Below, piece by piece: positions 40,684-53,680 of a DNA stretch of 64,000 nt (the first letter of the stretch is position 1; every line of letters begins with the position of its first letter). The translations under genes and the position numbers were made by a program. Source of the DNA: the human T2T-CHM13v2.0 reference genome, Homo sapiens; the NCBI RefSeq assembly GCF_009914755.1, contig NC_060927.1; one strand, given 5' to 3'. Under the pieces are notes generated by a model. That model had not been told where the DNA came from and did not search any database. It worked only from the letters and a program-made list of their open reading frames with translations.

Positions 40684-43342
40684 AATTAAGTGATAAGCTA
40701 ATCATAATTGATTGAAGGTCTTCAGTTAAGTGGCTGAACACAATAGCAATATACTCAAAATCAATTGTTTTCCTATAGAACGTAGATCACCAGTTAGATG
40801 ATATCTTTGAAGAAGACCACATTTATGTTTGCTATAGAAGTAGAACAAAAATGGGACAGAACATGATGAGTGACATTACAAGCCATGGAGCCAATTCCCA
40901 TCCTGCGCGATGGGCTTGGAACAAGGTGCCATCTCCTCTCCCATGCTAAATCCACAAAGCGGTTTTTCAAAAATGTGAAAACAATCTAACAAATACACAG
41001 TCTAAAACAAGAACAGCCACATTCGGTGGGCCAATGTGTGAATTCCTTGAAAATAAGAGAGGAGCTGGGTCAGATTAAAGAGGAAAACCACCCCCTGGGT
41101 GGGCAGGGCCTGGGACGTTCGCAGTGAAGATACAGCCGCTGAGAGGGCCATGGAGGAAAATGATGGATCAGACTAATGGAAAGGCTTTACCCAAAGAGCC
41201 AGCTTTAACAGAGCAACCAGAGCAGGAATTATTTTATGAAATTGGAAATTGCTATCCTCAGAGATAAGGAAGGATATCACTGTCTAAATAAGAATTAGCA
41301 GTTATATATTAAAGAACTAATTAGAGATTTTAGAAATTTAAAAATATGATTATTGAAAAAAGGGGGAGGCTCATTCATAGGCACAGTGGCACAGGGGGCA
41401 GGGGAGCAAAGCTGTCCCTGGTAGCAGGCAGACGCGGCATCCTGGGAAAGGCCTGGCCAACTGCCTCTACCCTGCCTTTGGTCTTGTGCTCTGGATCAGT
41501 CAGGGAATTTGTTGGCCTGCAACAGAAGGCAGCTCTGGCAGAGGGAGGCAGAACAGGGGTTTGGTGAAATTCTTGGAGTGGTGGCCGGGCCTGGGAAGCA
41601 GGATGGCCCAGTCAGCATCTCCCTGAGATCTGGGAGGACAGGTCCTCACCCCACACTTTCTCATAGGGAAGTATTCCTCTTCTGGACAAAGCAATTCCTG
41701 CTGCCTCCCTCTCTCGGCCTAGGATGTGGAAGGAGTGAATAACCCCTCCTGCTCCTCCCTGCTCTTGCTGGCTTCTTCCCAGTGATAGAAACATGCCCAA
41801 GCCCTGCTCTGTGGAAACACCATCCTGCCTCCTTCCCCTGTGACTTTCAGGGCTCCCTCTCCTCCTGGCAGCCATCAGTGTGAAGCATCAGCTGTGCCTA
41901 CTGAGGATGCCACCACCCTCTCAGCCTGCTCTGACCTCCCTCTCCAGAGCTGGCAGCTGAGGGTGTGTTGGGAGTCCAGCCTAACCTGTCGTGGTGACTC
42001 CTGGAGACCCGCACAGAGGAAAAAGCCCACATGGGTCCCAGAACTCACTGTCCAGATATGCCACACGTTAGATCTGCCTGACTTAACAGACTATTTTGCA
42101 TACACAAGAGGGATCGCCAAGGCACAGTATGCAAGTTTTAATCTGATAGACTTGGCTTCCCCATAGGTTATGCCAATTGATGTCATCCCCTCAACACATG
42201 AGTATGTATAGAGAGCAGCATCCACTCTTTTTACACTTTGCACACCAAGATGGTGAAAGTCTCAGGCCAACACTCTTTCCATTGGCCTTTTATTATTAGT
42301 GCAGTGGAACAGGCCGTCATGTGTTTAGTGGTTATGTTTTCCTATTATTCTGTGCATACAAGTTCAAGATTTTAATGTCTTCCCAGTGAATTGTTCCTTT
42401 TGTTAACATGCACTGACAGTGGCTAACCCTAATAGGACTTTGTCGGCTCACAGTCAGCTGTGTATGGCATAAACACAGTTACACATGCGGCAGGTTCTCT
42501 AGGGTTGCAGCTCAGACCTCGTGGCTCTTAGAGCCCACCCCCCCGCAAGTGGTTGATTCCAAGGTACATCCAGCTAGAACCTGGGTCCCCGCCAGCTCTG
42601 ACCTCTGCTGCCAAGGTCGTTTGTGCACTACCCTGTACATTCTGTGTATGGTGGCTCATGCTGCATGGATATGAGGCAGGAGAAACAGAAGATGCACAGA
42701 GGCCAGGCTAGACCAGCCTGATTCCCATCTTTCCCCAGATCTCACAGCCGAGGAGCTGAAGCTGTCCCCAATCACTGAGAGGTGGGCCTCCCCAAGGCCA
42801 CTGCTAGGCGCTGAGCCCTCGCAGTCTTTAAGTAAATGTGTGCTGATCCACAGGAAGGGCCCCATCCCTTCCTTGCTCACCCCAATTCCAGCCACCCATG
42901 CTTCCCTCCCTGCTCTCCCCTCCTCAGTCTGGGTGGCCTTCACATGCAGCACTGTCCTGTCTGTGCATCTCTTCTCAGTCTACCCTCTCATCATTAGGAT
43001 GCTCATATAATTAACAAATTACAGTGTCCATGCCTCACATACTCTGTGCAGGGTGGAGCATTTTGAAAGCATTGCTCATGTGAGTTGCACCTTTGGAGAT
43101 GAGTTTTATCCCTGTTTACAAATAAGGCAACTGAGACCCAAATGGTAAGTTGCCAAAGTCCCTGTACGCAGCTTGGAAAGGAACATCCCCTTCTGGGATT
43201 CTGGCTCAGGCCCCTCTAGGTGTGATGTGACCTCCGCAACCCCTGCCTCTCAACTCATGGGCCCTCTCCAAAAGGGGACCCCCCCAGCTGAGGGACACAG
43301 GAAAAGACTTCATGTGTGTTCGCACCCCTAGAGAACTGTTTG

Positions 43343-43344
<2 letters not shown>

Positions 43345-43378
<34 letters not shown>
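43345..43378. repeat. (TG)17 microsatellite
   Basis: Perfect TG run of 34 nt. Confidence 0.97.
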
Positions 43379-43379
<1 letters not shown>

Positions 43380-43389
43380 ATGTGTGTAC

Positions 43390-43715
43390 AGGCTGGGGGG
43401 CTTAAACAACAGGTTCATTTGTCACAGGTCTGGAGGCCGAAAGTCCAAGATCAAGTTGCTGACAGGGACAGTGTCTGGCAAGGTCTCTCCCCTTGGCTTG
43501 CAGATGGCCACCTTCTCACTGTGTGCTCACAGGGCATCTTCTTTGTGCATGTGTGGGGACAGCATGCTCCCTGGTGTCTCTTCTTATGGGGACACTGATC
43601 CTCTCACCTCAGGGCCCCACCCTTAAGGCCTCATTTAACCTTCATTACTTCCTTAGAAGCCACACTGGGGGTGAGGGCTCCAACGTGCGGATTTAGGGGG
43701 ACACCATTCTGTGTG
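43390..43715 (-). mobile_element. MLT1A MaLR LTR (partial)
   Basis: ggcttaaacaacag..tctggaggccgaaagtccaagatcaag..ggcttgcagatggccaccttctcactgtgt..cagggccccaccctta..cctcatttaacctt. Confidence 0.88.
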
Positions 43716-45146
43716 CATGTTTGGAGCAGGAAGACCTGTTTGGCATTCCCGGGGTCACATCCAGCAGGTGGCCATGCCTGCCCAAACACCAAGAGAGTTC
43801 TTGGTTCCCATGAGAGCAGTAAGTTTCAGGGCCAGGTGGCAGAGGCATTTAAACAGTGTCCGGCTGCCACCTGGCCAGGGCAGGCAGGATGTGGGTCACC
43901 TGGCATCAGGCCTTGTGCTGTGGGTCTAATGTCCCTTTGGCCTCTGGGAACCCTGGGGGCTCTGCTGCCCACCTGCACTAGGCTCCTGCCTCAGTATCCC
44001 TGTCCAGACCTCTAGGTTGCAATGGCCAGCATGTGGCTGTGGCCCTGTCTCCCACCTGGTCCAGGTGCAGTGACCTGGAAGCCCTGACCTGTTGAGGTCC
44101 AGCTGCCCACCCCCCACCCAGCACACCTGGCATGAGCCCCCCATCCCTGGCCTCTGGCTCTGCCCCAGGCGCCCAGACACAGCCATGTGCCCTCCACAGC
44201 TGTGTGTCTCCAAGCCCTGCACCTCTCTGAACCCTGCTTTCTCCACCAGCAACATGGGAGTGACCCCTTCAGCCCCACAGAATTGTGCCAGAGCCAGAGT
44301 GCCTGGGACTGCACGGCCTTTGCTTCCTCTCCTTACCCGATGGACTCCAACCCCAGGTCCCCCCCTCACCTCCAGTGAAGGTTCCCAGGGGCCACTGGGT
44401 TTCTGCTTTGTGGCAGCAGCAGCAGGGCAGCCCTGGACAAGGGGAGGGCGCCTGCCAAGGAAGCCAGAGTTGGCTGGAGCGGGTGCTGCCGAGGGAACTC
44501 ACCACTCCGGCCAGGCAATTATTTTTAATGAGTCCAACTCTCCTGCAGGCTGTGAGGCCCGGGGCAGACAAGCCACAGCTACAGGAAAGCAGACTGCCAG
44601 GGCTTCCCAGCAAACAGGTCAGCTCCATTGGACTGCACCCACTCCGACCTCTTCTGGCATTTAAAAAGGACATTTTACAGGACTGTTATTCAGGAAGAAG
44701 CAGCATCAACTGCCACAGGTGAAAAAGAGAAAGGAGCTCTAAAAACAATATGAATACCAGGACAACAAAGACAAGATCTGGGCAGGGTGGGCATCGCCCA
44801 GGCAGCTCATGGGGCTGAAGTCTGGCTGCTGGGACTTGGAACCTTAGAGCTGGGTGCCTCAGAGTAGCACCTCCATCCCATTGGCTCTGAGCCCACCCTT
44901 TCCTCCCTCTTTCTTTAAACAGAGTGACTCACAACTGTGAGGAAGGCGGGACCACACAGCAGTGGCCCGGAGCCCTTCTCTGAGATGTGGCAAAAAAGAA
45001 CTTTCTCCTAAAGAGGGATGCACTGTTCCCTAATGCAGACCTGTGACCTGCCTAACCTTGTCCCGAGTATCCTCAGAGGCTCCAGCCTGCACGGATGAGA
45101 CAGTGTGAGCAGCCCAGGAAGCCAATTTGGAGGGGAGTTATGTGTG

Positions 45147-45352
45147 GGAGCTGGGCTTTGAGGAATGAAGAGGGTTTCCAGTTAGGCTCCAGAAAGGAGG
45201 AGGTATAGGAGCTGGGCTTTGAGGAAAGAAGAGAGTTTCCAGGTAGGCTCCAGAAAGGAGGAGGTATAGGAGCTGGGCTTTGAGGAAAGAAGAAGGTTTC
45301 CATGTAGGCTCCAGAAAGGAGGAGGTATGGGAGCTGGGCTTTGAGGGTTTCC
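45147..45352. repeat. 61-bp tandem repeat, about 3.4 copies
   Basis: Unit GGAGCTGGGCTTTGAGGAAAGAAGAGAGTTTCCAGGTAGGCTCCAGAAAGGAGGAGGTATA starting at 45147, 45208, 45269 and 45330 (last partial with internal deletion). Confidence 0.96.
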
Positions 45353-46554
45353 ACTTTGGGGCAGGGAAGCGTCCTGCTGGGGAGAGCAGCAGGGGCATAA
45401 GCATAGGAGAGAAGGAGGGGAAAGTGGGCATTCTCCTTGGAGCCCCACGGGGGCCTCGGGCCCTAGCCACGTTGCATGGGTGGTGGGAGCTACGGCTCCA
45501 CAGGAAGGGCATCCACCCCAAGAACATCCCCCTTGGGTGCAGCCTGAGCAGACTGACTTTGTCTTAGTGGCCCCTGGAGAGGCCCTAGGGATGGCGGGTA
45601 CAGGGATGAGGCTGGAGCTGCAACTCAGTGGCAGAGGGAGCGGCAGGGCCAGGGCACAGAGGGAGGGGCAGGATGGACTCCTTAGGTCCCCCTGTTCCTC
45701 CAGCTCCAAGTCTTTCCTGCTCCAGGATCAGCCCTAGGGCCCCCTGGACAGTCCTGCTGTCAGCCAGCTTCCCATCAGATTGGCCTTCATTGCCTCACGC
45801 TATGCTCCTTTCAGCACCTTCCTTCGCAGTTGGGGCCACAGGGGAGGCTGGGTGGAGCAGAAGGGCCAGGACAAGGGTCTGGGAGGAGTGCAGCTTTCTG
45901 AAGGCAGCTGGCCACCTGTTGACTCTTGATCCCAGCTCCACACGACACTTGACTCAGCCACAGACCGACTCCTGAACCCAGGCACATACTGACCCCTACT
46001 CCTGACTACACCTTGACTTCGACACCAGCCATATATTAGCTTCTGGCAGCCATGGTCTTAACCCTTGGCCTCAGCCCACCTTGACCTTTTAACCAACCAT
46101 ACTGACCCCTGGCACTAGGCAGACCCCGATGGCCAACCCTGGCCCCACACCAAGCCACACTCTGATCATTGCCTGAACTTGGCCTTGCTGTAGCCTTGGG
46201 CTGACCCCAGCTATGTATGCCACAGCCAGACACTCTTCTCAGAGGGCCCAGGGCAGGCCCAAGTTCTGGCAGGAGGAGCAGGCACAGCAGGGTAAGGAGC
46301 CGGGGGATGCAGCTCCCCGAGTGCTGGCTTCAGTGCGGCGCCAGGCACAGTGAGAGGCACTTGGCAGCTTGTCTCGGAAGCAGGAGTGGCTGTGCCCATT
46401 GCACAGAATGCTTCTCACTATCAAGTTGCCAGGTGACCTTGGGCCAGCAGCGTGTTCTCTCTGGAGTTCTATGTGCTCAAGAGTGAAAACTGGAGTCTCA
46501 TGAATTCTAAAGACTCTTACAAGAAAACGAGTGCTAGGGCAGCTTGCGGGGCAC

Positions 46555-46645
46555 GGAGCAATTGAGATGATGCATTTAAGGTGCTCAGCACAAAGCCAAG
46601 TACACCATAAGTGTTCAATAAATGTGGGTTATTAATGTTACTATT
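46555..46645 (+). mobile_element. MIR 3' fragment
   Basis: tgagatgatgcatttaaggtgctcagcaca..taagtgttcaataaatgt. Confidence 0.78.
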
Positions 46646-47968
46646 AATAATCCAGCCTGCCCACTTCACCGAGCAGACAGGGACAGGCAGCTTAAGAGTG
46701 CAGGAAGGGGCTGCCCGTGGGCAGGAGGACGTTTTAATGAGAGGAAGCGGTAGCGGCAGCCGGGAGAAGGCAGGCAGGGCCCTGCACAGGAACGGGAAAT
46801 AACACTGCCTTCCCAAGTGCCAGAGCAGGGCCCACCCTGGGGCAGAGGATGATGCTTAAGACAAAGAGAGGGTTTCCCTCCTGCCCTAAAGTTGGCACCA
46901 TCATAGTAGCTGTCGGTGGGGACAAGGAGGCCGGGCACTGCTGTGTTTAGCAATGAGCTGAGTACATGATCAGCCCAGGGCAGGGCCAGGATGCAGGCCC
47001 AGGTCTGTAGGACCATGAAGACCATGCCCATGCCAGGACGATGTCAGCAGATAGGGAGGCTAGTGGGGGAGAGGAGAGAACAGAGTGCTGGGAGAGGGAA
47101 CAAGCTCTCCCTTGCTGGTCCCTGGCCCTGAGTGGGGTCAGTGAAGGGCCTGTAGCTGTCTCCCAGCCACCTCCCACAGCCCCTTGTGGCAGAGACTAAT
47201 GGCATTCCCACCTTCCCACATGTGAGATTTCACTCCGCAGCAGGAACTACCTGCCCCTCCCTGTTCCTGCTTTCCAGTTATCCCTTCAACCCACTGGCCT
47301 CAGTTTGGGCTGCTGAAAAAAAAGAAAAAAAGGTAACCTCACTCAGGATTCTTGTGAGAACTGCTTGTGGCCAATATTTACAGATGCCAGGCAACATGTT
47401 AAGCATCTTCTCCTTTCATTGGTGCCTTCTGTCAGTCTTTTCCAAGGAGTGGTAGAGCAGGTGAGTTCACATTACATGGACACAAGTCAGGGCTTAAGTA
47501 ATAGACTAGAGTGTAAGGGGTCTATTACACCCTGGTCTATGCAGGGTGCGTGCCTCAGTGAGATCCTCTAGGGAGGGGGCCGTGGAGAAAGAAGGGGTGG
47601 ATAATCTAGCAGGCTGGGCTTGAGAAGTTCCTTTGTAGACACTTCAAGACGAACGAGAATTAAAGGCTTTGGGGCTAGGGAGAGGTTTGCTATTCTATGT
47701 ATTTTAGAAAGCATTATTCAACCAAACGGTGGGGAAGAAATTGGGAGAGGCAAAGTGATGGCAAGGAGACAAGTTGGAGGGATGTAGCTTTGACCCAGGA
47801 GGAAGGTGCTGGCGCCTGATGCAGGGAAGGTGTGGTGAATTCACGGTAGGAAGAGGGAGAAGTGGACACCTTTAAGATCTCTTTTGGAAGTAGACTATAT
47901 GGGATGTTGGTGACTAAAGAGAGGGAATGGGGGCAATGGCAAGGTTTCTGGGTGGGTGGGGGAGGAAC

Positions 47969-49224
47969 TGTAAATAAAAACTCTTTTTCTGCTCACAATA
48001 CTTCTGACACCAAATAAATATGTGGGTTTTTCACAGCAAGCAATTCTCCAATTTTCTGCAGACATCAACTCGGTGTCTGATATTGTTTGGCTCTGCGTCC
48101 CCACCCAAATCTCATGTTGAATTATAATCTCCAGTGTTGTGGGGGGTACCTGGTGGGAGGCAATTGGATCATGGGAGCAGATTTCCCCACTGCTGTTCTT
48201 GTGATAGTGAGTGAGTGCCCACAAGATCTGGTTGTTTAAAAGTGTGTAGCCCTTCCCCATTCAAGCTATCCTGCTCCACCATGGTAAGGCATGCTTGCTT
48301 CCCCTTCACCTTCCACCATGATTGTAAGTTTCCTGAGGCTTCCCAACCATGCTTCCTGTACAGCCTGTGGAACTGTGGGTGAATTAAACCTCTTTTCCTC
48401 ATAAATTAACCAGTCTCAGGTGGTTCTTTATAGAAATGTGAGTACAGACTAATACAGTGTCCTACCATGTAATTTCATTCTGACACTGACTACTGGAAGT
48501 TAGTGCAGACCCACCAGGTGAAGGGCTCAGTCCCATAATCCTGCTCCTATTTCAGATATCCATTGCAAGTCACCCAACTAGGCTGCAAATTGGAGATTTC
48601 CATGACTCCCTCCTCAGGTTCAATAATTTGCTAGGATGGTTCACAGAACTCTGAAACGCTTTACTTACTATTACCTATGAAGGATAGAAATGAACATCCA
48701 GAGGAAGAGGTACATAGGGCTAGGCTGAGAAGAGTCCCAAGCACAGGAGCTTCTGTCCCCTTGGAGTCTGGGGTGCACCATGCTCCTGTCATATGGATGC
48801 ATTCACTAACCTGGAAGCTCTTTGAACTCCATTTAGGGTTTTTGCGGAGGTTCCATTACATAGACATAATTGATTAGATCACTGGTCACTCATGATTAAG
48901 TCAATCTCTAGTCTTCTCTCCTTGGAGATCTGGGGGTGGGGCTGAAAGTTCCAACCTTCTAATCACAGCCTTGGTTCCCCTGGCAACCAGTCCCTCTCCA
49001 TCCTGAGGCTATTCACGTTGTTAGCATAAACTCAAATACGGTTGAAAGTGGCTTGCTATGAATAACAAGAGACACTCCTATCACCTCTATCACTTAGGAA
49101 ACTACAAGGTCCTAGAAGCTCTGTGGCAGGAACTGGGGACACAAAACAAAATAACAAAAGCTCCTAACCTTAGGAGCTCAGTGTCAGGAACTGAGGTCAA
49201 AGCCCAAATATTATACTTATCACA
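47969..49224 (-). mobile_element. MER21-family (ERVL) LTR, interrupted by MSTA
   Basis: cttctgacaccaaa..tgtgggtttttcacagcaagcaattctccaatt..gaagggctcagtcccata..caggttcaataatttgctaggatggttcacagaactc..ggggctgaaagttccaacc..ttatcaca. Confidence 0.9.
48078..48456 (+). mobile_element. MSTA (MaLR) solo LTR with 5-bp TSD
   Basis: tgatattgtttggctctgcgtccccacccaaatctcatgttgaatt ... cagactaataca; GTGTC at 48073-48077 and 48457-48461. Confidence 0.93.
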
Positions 49225-49469
49225 CGTTGACAGATACAGAGAATGCTGCAGGAACAGTAGCACTGTGGGAACAATAATGCACTTGTCTTTGAACATGGTG
49301 AACAATGTGATGTCCAAAGGAAGTCTTGAGTCGTCCATAAGATACACGACTTGGGGCCACGGGGACCACTGGATGAAAGCAGCTTGAGGAGTCATCATCC
49401 TCATTGGAGGGATGCACATGAACGAGATTGCCAGGGAAAATCCCACCAGGGGCTGCTGGCAAAGAGGAC

Positions 49470-51235
49470 TCTTTAAAATCAGGCAGCCTCTTTAAAATCA
49501 GGCAAAAAATAAGCATGCTCAAAGCTGCCACTTTGACTTGGTAATATATTAGAGATCCTAGACAGTGAAATAAGACAAGAAAAAGAAAATTGAATACATA
49601 TGGATTGGAAAGGAAAAACTGAAGCAGTCATCTTTTGTTTTTTTGCAGATTTTATGATTTTATTTTTAGAAAATCAAAAACAATTTGGACACAAAGTACT
49701 AGCAATATTAGGAGAGCTTAGACATGTAGCTGAATATAAGATCCATATGCAAAAGTCAGTTGCATTTCTGTACAGCATCAAGACACTGACAAATGTTTTA
49801 CCACTTTGTAGCAACAAAAATTACAAATGTAATTGGAAATAAGTCTAACAAAAGTTGTAAAGGACTGTAAAAAGGAATTTGTAAAATTTCCCTGACGCAT
49901 CTATCATGTCCCACTTAAATATGCCCCATTTATTTTTACAGACCTAGATAAATGAAGAGATAGCCCATGTTTATCAATTGGAAGACTTGTTATTATAATA
50001 TAATCTCCTCAAATTTATGTAATGGTTTAACACCACTCCAATAAAAACAGAATCTTCTACAGAACTTGACAGTTTGCTACTAAAATTAAAATCAAAGAAC
50101 AAAAGGCCAAGAATATCTGAGACAATTCTAAAGAAGAAAGGCAGGCTACTCTGTCAGGTTTGATTTATTATAGTTTTAGTAAAGAATACTGTGTAGTATT
50201 AGCACGGGAGTAAACAAATTGGCCAATGGAACAAATAGAGCATCCCCAAGCAGATCCATGCACCTATGTATGACATAGGTTGTCAAATTGAATGGCAAAC
50301 CAGTGGAGAAAGAAGTGACTTTTCAACAAATACACCTGGAATAATTGGCTACCCATATGAAAAAATTAAATTATGTTTCCACCTCACACTATAACTGCAC
50401 ACTGAAATCCACACCAGATAGATTAAGAACTATGTCAAAGCAAATGTCAAAAGCAAAATTTAAAAATCTTTAGAAGAAAATATAGGTAAGAATTTCGATC
50501 TCAAGATAGGAAAGGATTTCTTAAAGTACAAAAAGTGCTAACATAAAAGAAAAAGACTGATGTATTTGAAAACATTGTGATTAAGAACTTCTGTAAATAG
50601 AAAGACAATTAAGATCAAGTAAAAAGGTAAGTCAAGGTGTGAAAATATGCTTAAAAAACATATTTCTGACAAAGAATCTGTATCAAGGTGAAACAGAAAA
50701 CATCTCAAGTCAGTAAGAACAAGAAGGAAAAAACTCAATGGGCAAAAATTAAAACAGCTGCTGCACAGAACAGACAATGTCTGCAGATCCCAAGTGCTAC
50801 CAGTGATTCATATACGTAGGTACAAACCCCGGGATTCTATTTTACTGGCAAAACCAAAGATGTTTGATGACACTGAGTGTTTAAGAGAATATGTATCAAC
50901 AGGATCTCTCAAACATGGCCAACAGGAATGTAATTTGGGATCATCACTTCAGTGTAATCTTATACATTTCAGCATTTGCAAGCACTGCAATCCAGCAGTT
51001 TTACTCCTTGATATATACCCAAGAAAAAAATGTGCACAAGTCCACCAGAAATTATCTACCAAAACGATTGTGGCAGCACTGTTCATAATGGAAAAGAAAC
51101 TGGAAACAACCAAAGCCCATCTATAGGAGAATAGACAAGCAAATTGAGGTGTATTCAGATATTGGATATTATATAGCAATGAAAATTAATGACCTATAGC
51201 TACACCTGTAATCAATGAATCTTAAAACACACGAG
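49470..51235 (+). mobile_element. Old L1M ORF2 (RT to C-terminus and 3' UTR) remnant
   Basis: tttgcagattttatgattttatttttagaaaatc (FADDMI-like), caaaagtcagttgcatttctgtac, agaacttgacag, ttttcaacaaat, ccagcagttttactccttgatatatacccaag. Confidence 0.85.
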
Positions 51236-51244
51236 TGAGAAGCT

Positions 51245-51421
51245 GCCTTGGCGGTGGATCAGCAGTCCTAGCCACCTGGCTGGTGCTGTGTGAGCAGAGA
51301 TGAACTGCCCAGCAGAGCCTTCCCTCAGTTCCTTCCCTATAGAACTATGAGTGGAATAGAGCAGTGCTTCTGAGACACTAAGTTTTGGGGCAGTTGTTGC
51401 ACAGCACTAGGTAACCAGAAC
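51245..51421 (+). mobile_element. MLT1G/H-like LTR 3' fragment
   Basis: gagcagagatgaactgcccagcagagcc..cactaagttttggggcagttgttgcacagcactaggtaaccagaac. Confidence 0.72.
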
Positions 51422-51641
51422 TTTATATGATTTTTACCCTGCACAAAAACATCCATTTATATTTTTCCTCTTACATTTGTATTCCATTCCTCCAATAAAG
51501 CAGTTTGGCACTCCCTGACCCTGCCACAAAATAAAGCCAGAGCCCTGAAATACTTGGAGCATACAGTTTATGCCATAAGCAATAAGCATTAAAGATTAAG
51601 TGTGAACAAAAAGAAGTACTAAGCAGCACTTAGGAGGTTGG

Positions 51642-51823
51642 GTTCTATTTTATTAAGAGTTATTGTTCCCAATTTCTCACTGTGCTTAATTTATAAATTA
51701 AAGTTTACCATAGGTATGCATGAACAGGAAAAATCACATTATAGACAGGCTTTGTCCTGTCCACAGTTTCAGGTATCCAGTGAAGGTCTTGGAACGCATC
51801 CCTGTGGGTAAAGGGCTCCACTG
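51642..51823 (+). mobile_element. MER44/Tigger7-type DNA transposon 3' end
   Basis: ttctattttatta..actgtgcttaatttataaattaaag..cagtttcaggtatccagtgaaggtcttggaacgcatccc..ctg followed by TA. Confidence 0.78.
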
Positions 51824-52309
51824 TAATATGTTTTGTTCTTTTCTAAATTGGCTGTTACAGGGTGTCATTTAGTTTTTATTTCTAATTTATAAGCCTTCTT
51901 TCATTCCTTTAATCATTTTGAATATTCTTGTTTAATAATTTCTCTCAGATTGTTTAATTAACTAAACTTTTCAGGAAACAAATCTTTCCTGAACCAGTAA
52001 AATGTCAATCCTGATGGGATAGTTTCTTTATGGGTGTCCGTGTGTGTGCATGTCTGGTTGATTCTAAGCAAGCTTTGTATTTACTGTGGGAATTTTATGG
52101 TGGCTAGGTTGTTAAAGCACCCTTGCATTGTGGCTTTATTTGGGTTTATACTAAGTGCTGAGGGTGGGTGTTCCAGGAACCCACCCTGTGTCAGCTTCTT
52201 GGCCTATGGTCCCCACATCAAGAGGCAAAGTTAAAACCAGACTCCAGGTCCTCAGGAGGTGAGGCCCAGGGTTTCAGTTTCTCACTGAAGACTGTCTTCT
52301 ACATATGAA

Positions 52310-53680
52310 CTTCTCATAGAGAAACTTCAGAACACTAAAGACAAAAAGAAATTATAAAAGAACCCAGAGAGGGACAAAAGTTTGCCTCCAAAGAACAAAG
52401 CTTGAACTATCAAGAAGTTTCTGAACAGCAGCAACTGTGGCCTAAAACAACAGAAAAATATCTTCAAAGTACTGAAAGAAAATAGACGCCAAACTAGAAT
52501 TTTATATCCAGCCAAATAATTATTCAAGAATGACAGTGAAACAAAGACATTTTCAGATAGGCTGAAAGAGTTTATCGCTAAAAGTTCTTTGCTAAAAATC
52601 TCTAGAGTGTACTTCAGGAAGGGAGAAATTGAGCTCCAAACAAAAGAGTAATGCATGAAAAGACAGCAAATGAATTGGCAGAACACAGATGTATAGTGAA
52701 ATAAGTATTGACAGTAAATATCAATGGTATTAATAAGGATTATGTTGGTGATGATGAAATGAAACTAAAATATTACATAATAATACCATGTAAAATGGAA
52801 AAGATTATCAGAGTAAACATATTCTAAGGTCTTTATAGCATTCAAGAGAAGGTAGAGCTTCACTAACTGTTGACTTCATTGAGTCAAGTATGTATGTTAA
52901 AAAATAAGAGTAATCATTAAAAGAATAGAGGTGTTGGATTGAACCATATGAAATTGCTGATATCTGACTAATTTTGACCAACATAATGGCAATTTCATAT
53001 GGTTCAGCCTAATACACTGGAGAACTCTGAAACCAGAAAAGGTGAAATGCAGAAAGAAAAAAAATTCAATCATACCAGTGGAAGGTAGGAAAGATAGTGG
53101 GAGAGGCACAAAGGAAAACCATGGTAAATGCCCCCAAAGGAGATGACAGAAGTAAATGCGAGTACTAAACCCTCAAATTAAAGACAAACCCTCAGGTGAG
53201 ATAAAGCTAAATTTTTAAGTGTGCTAATTATAGGAACCACACTCACAACAAATTAGTCCAAACTTTAGTAATGAAAGGATGAAAAAAATAAATTAAGTAA
53301 TTGCTAATAAATTTTGAACACAACTATAGCTATGTTAATATAAATCTATTGTAAACTTTAAAAAGTATTTAAGCATATAAGTTTTTAAAAAAGTACTGTT
53401 GGGAAAAAAGATAGTATATAAAGATAACACGAAAACTTCACTAGGAATTTACCAGAAAGATATAAAAAATTGAACTTGTGTGCCTCAACAATTAACCTTT
53501 AAATTACTAAACAGCAAAAATTGGAACAAAAAAATAAGGAAAAATGAACAAATTCCTACTCATAGTGGGAGATTATAGTATTTGTCTCTCAGAAATTGAT
53601 AGATAAGAAAAATAACAAGAAGTTAATTAAGGATATAGAACACATAAATGCTTCAAGTAAAACCTTGATATAATGTATGC
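52310..53680 (+). mobile_element. Old L1M ORF1 C-terminus to ORF2 start
   Basis: tatcttcaaagtactgaaagaaaa..ctagaattttatatccagccaaa (RILYPAK)..aaagacattttcagata; catagtgggagatt..tctctcagaaattgataga (EN). Confidence 0.8.
52932..53014. mobile_element. MADE2 (mariner/Hsmar2 MITE)
   Basis: About 80-bp palindrome: ttgaaccatatgaaattgc ... gcaatttcatatggttcag cctaata. Confidence 0.9.
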
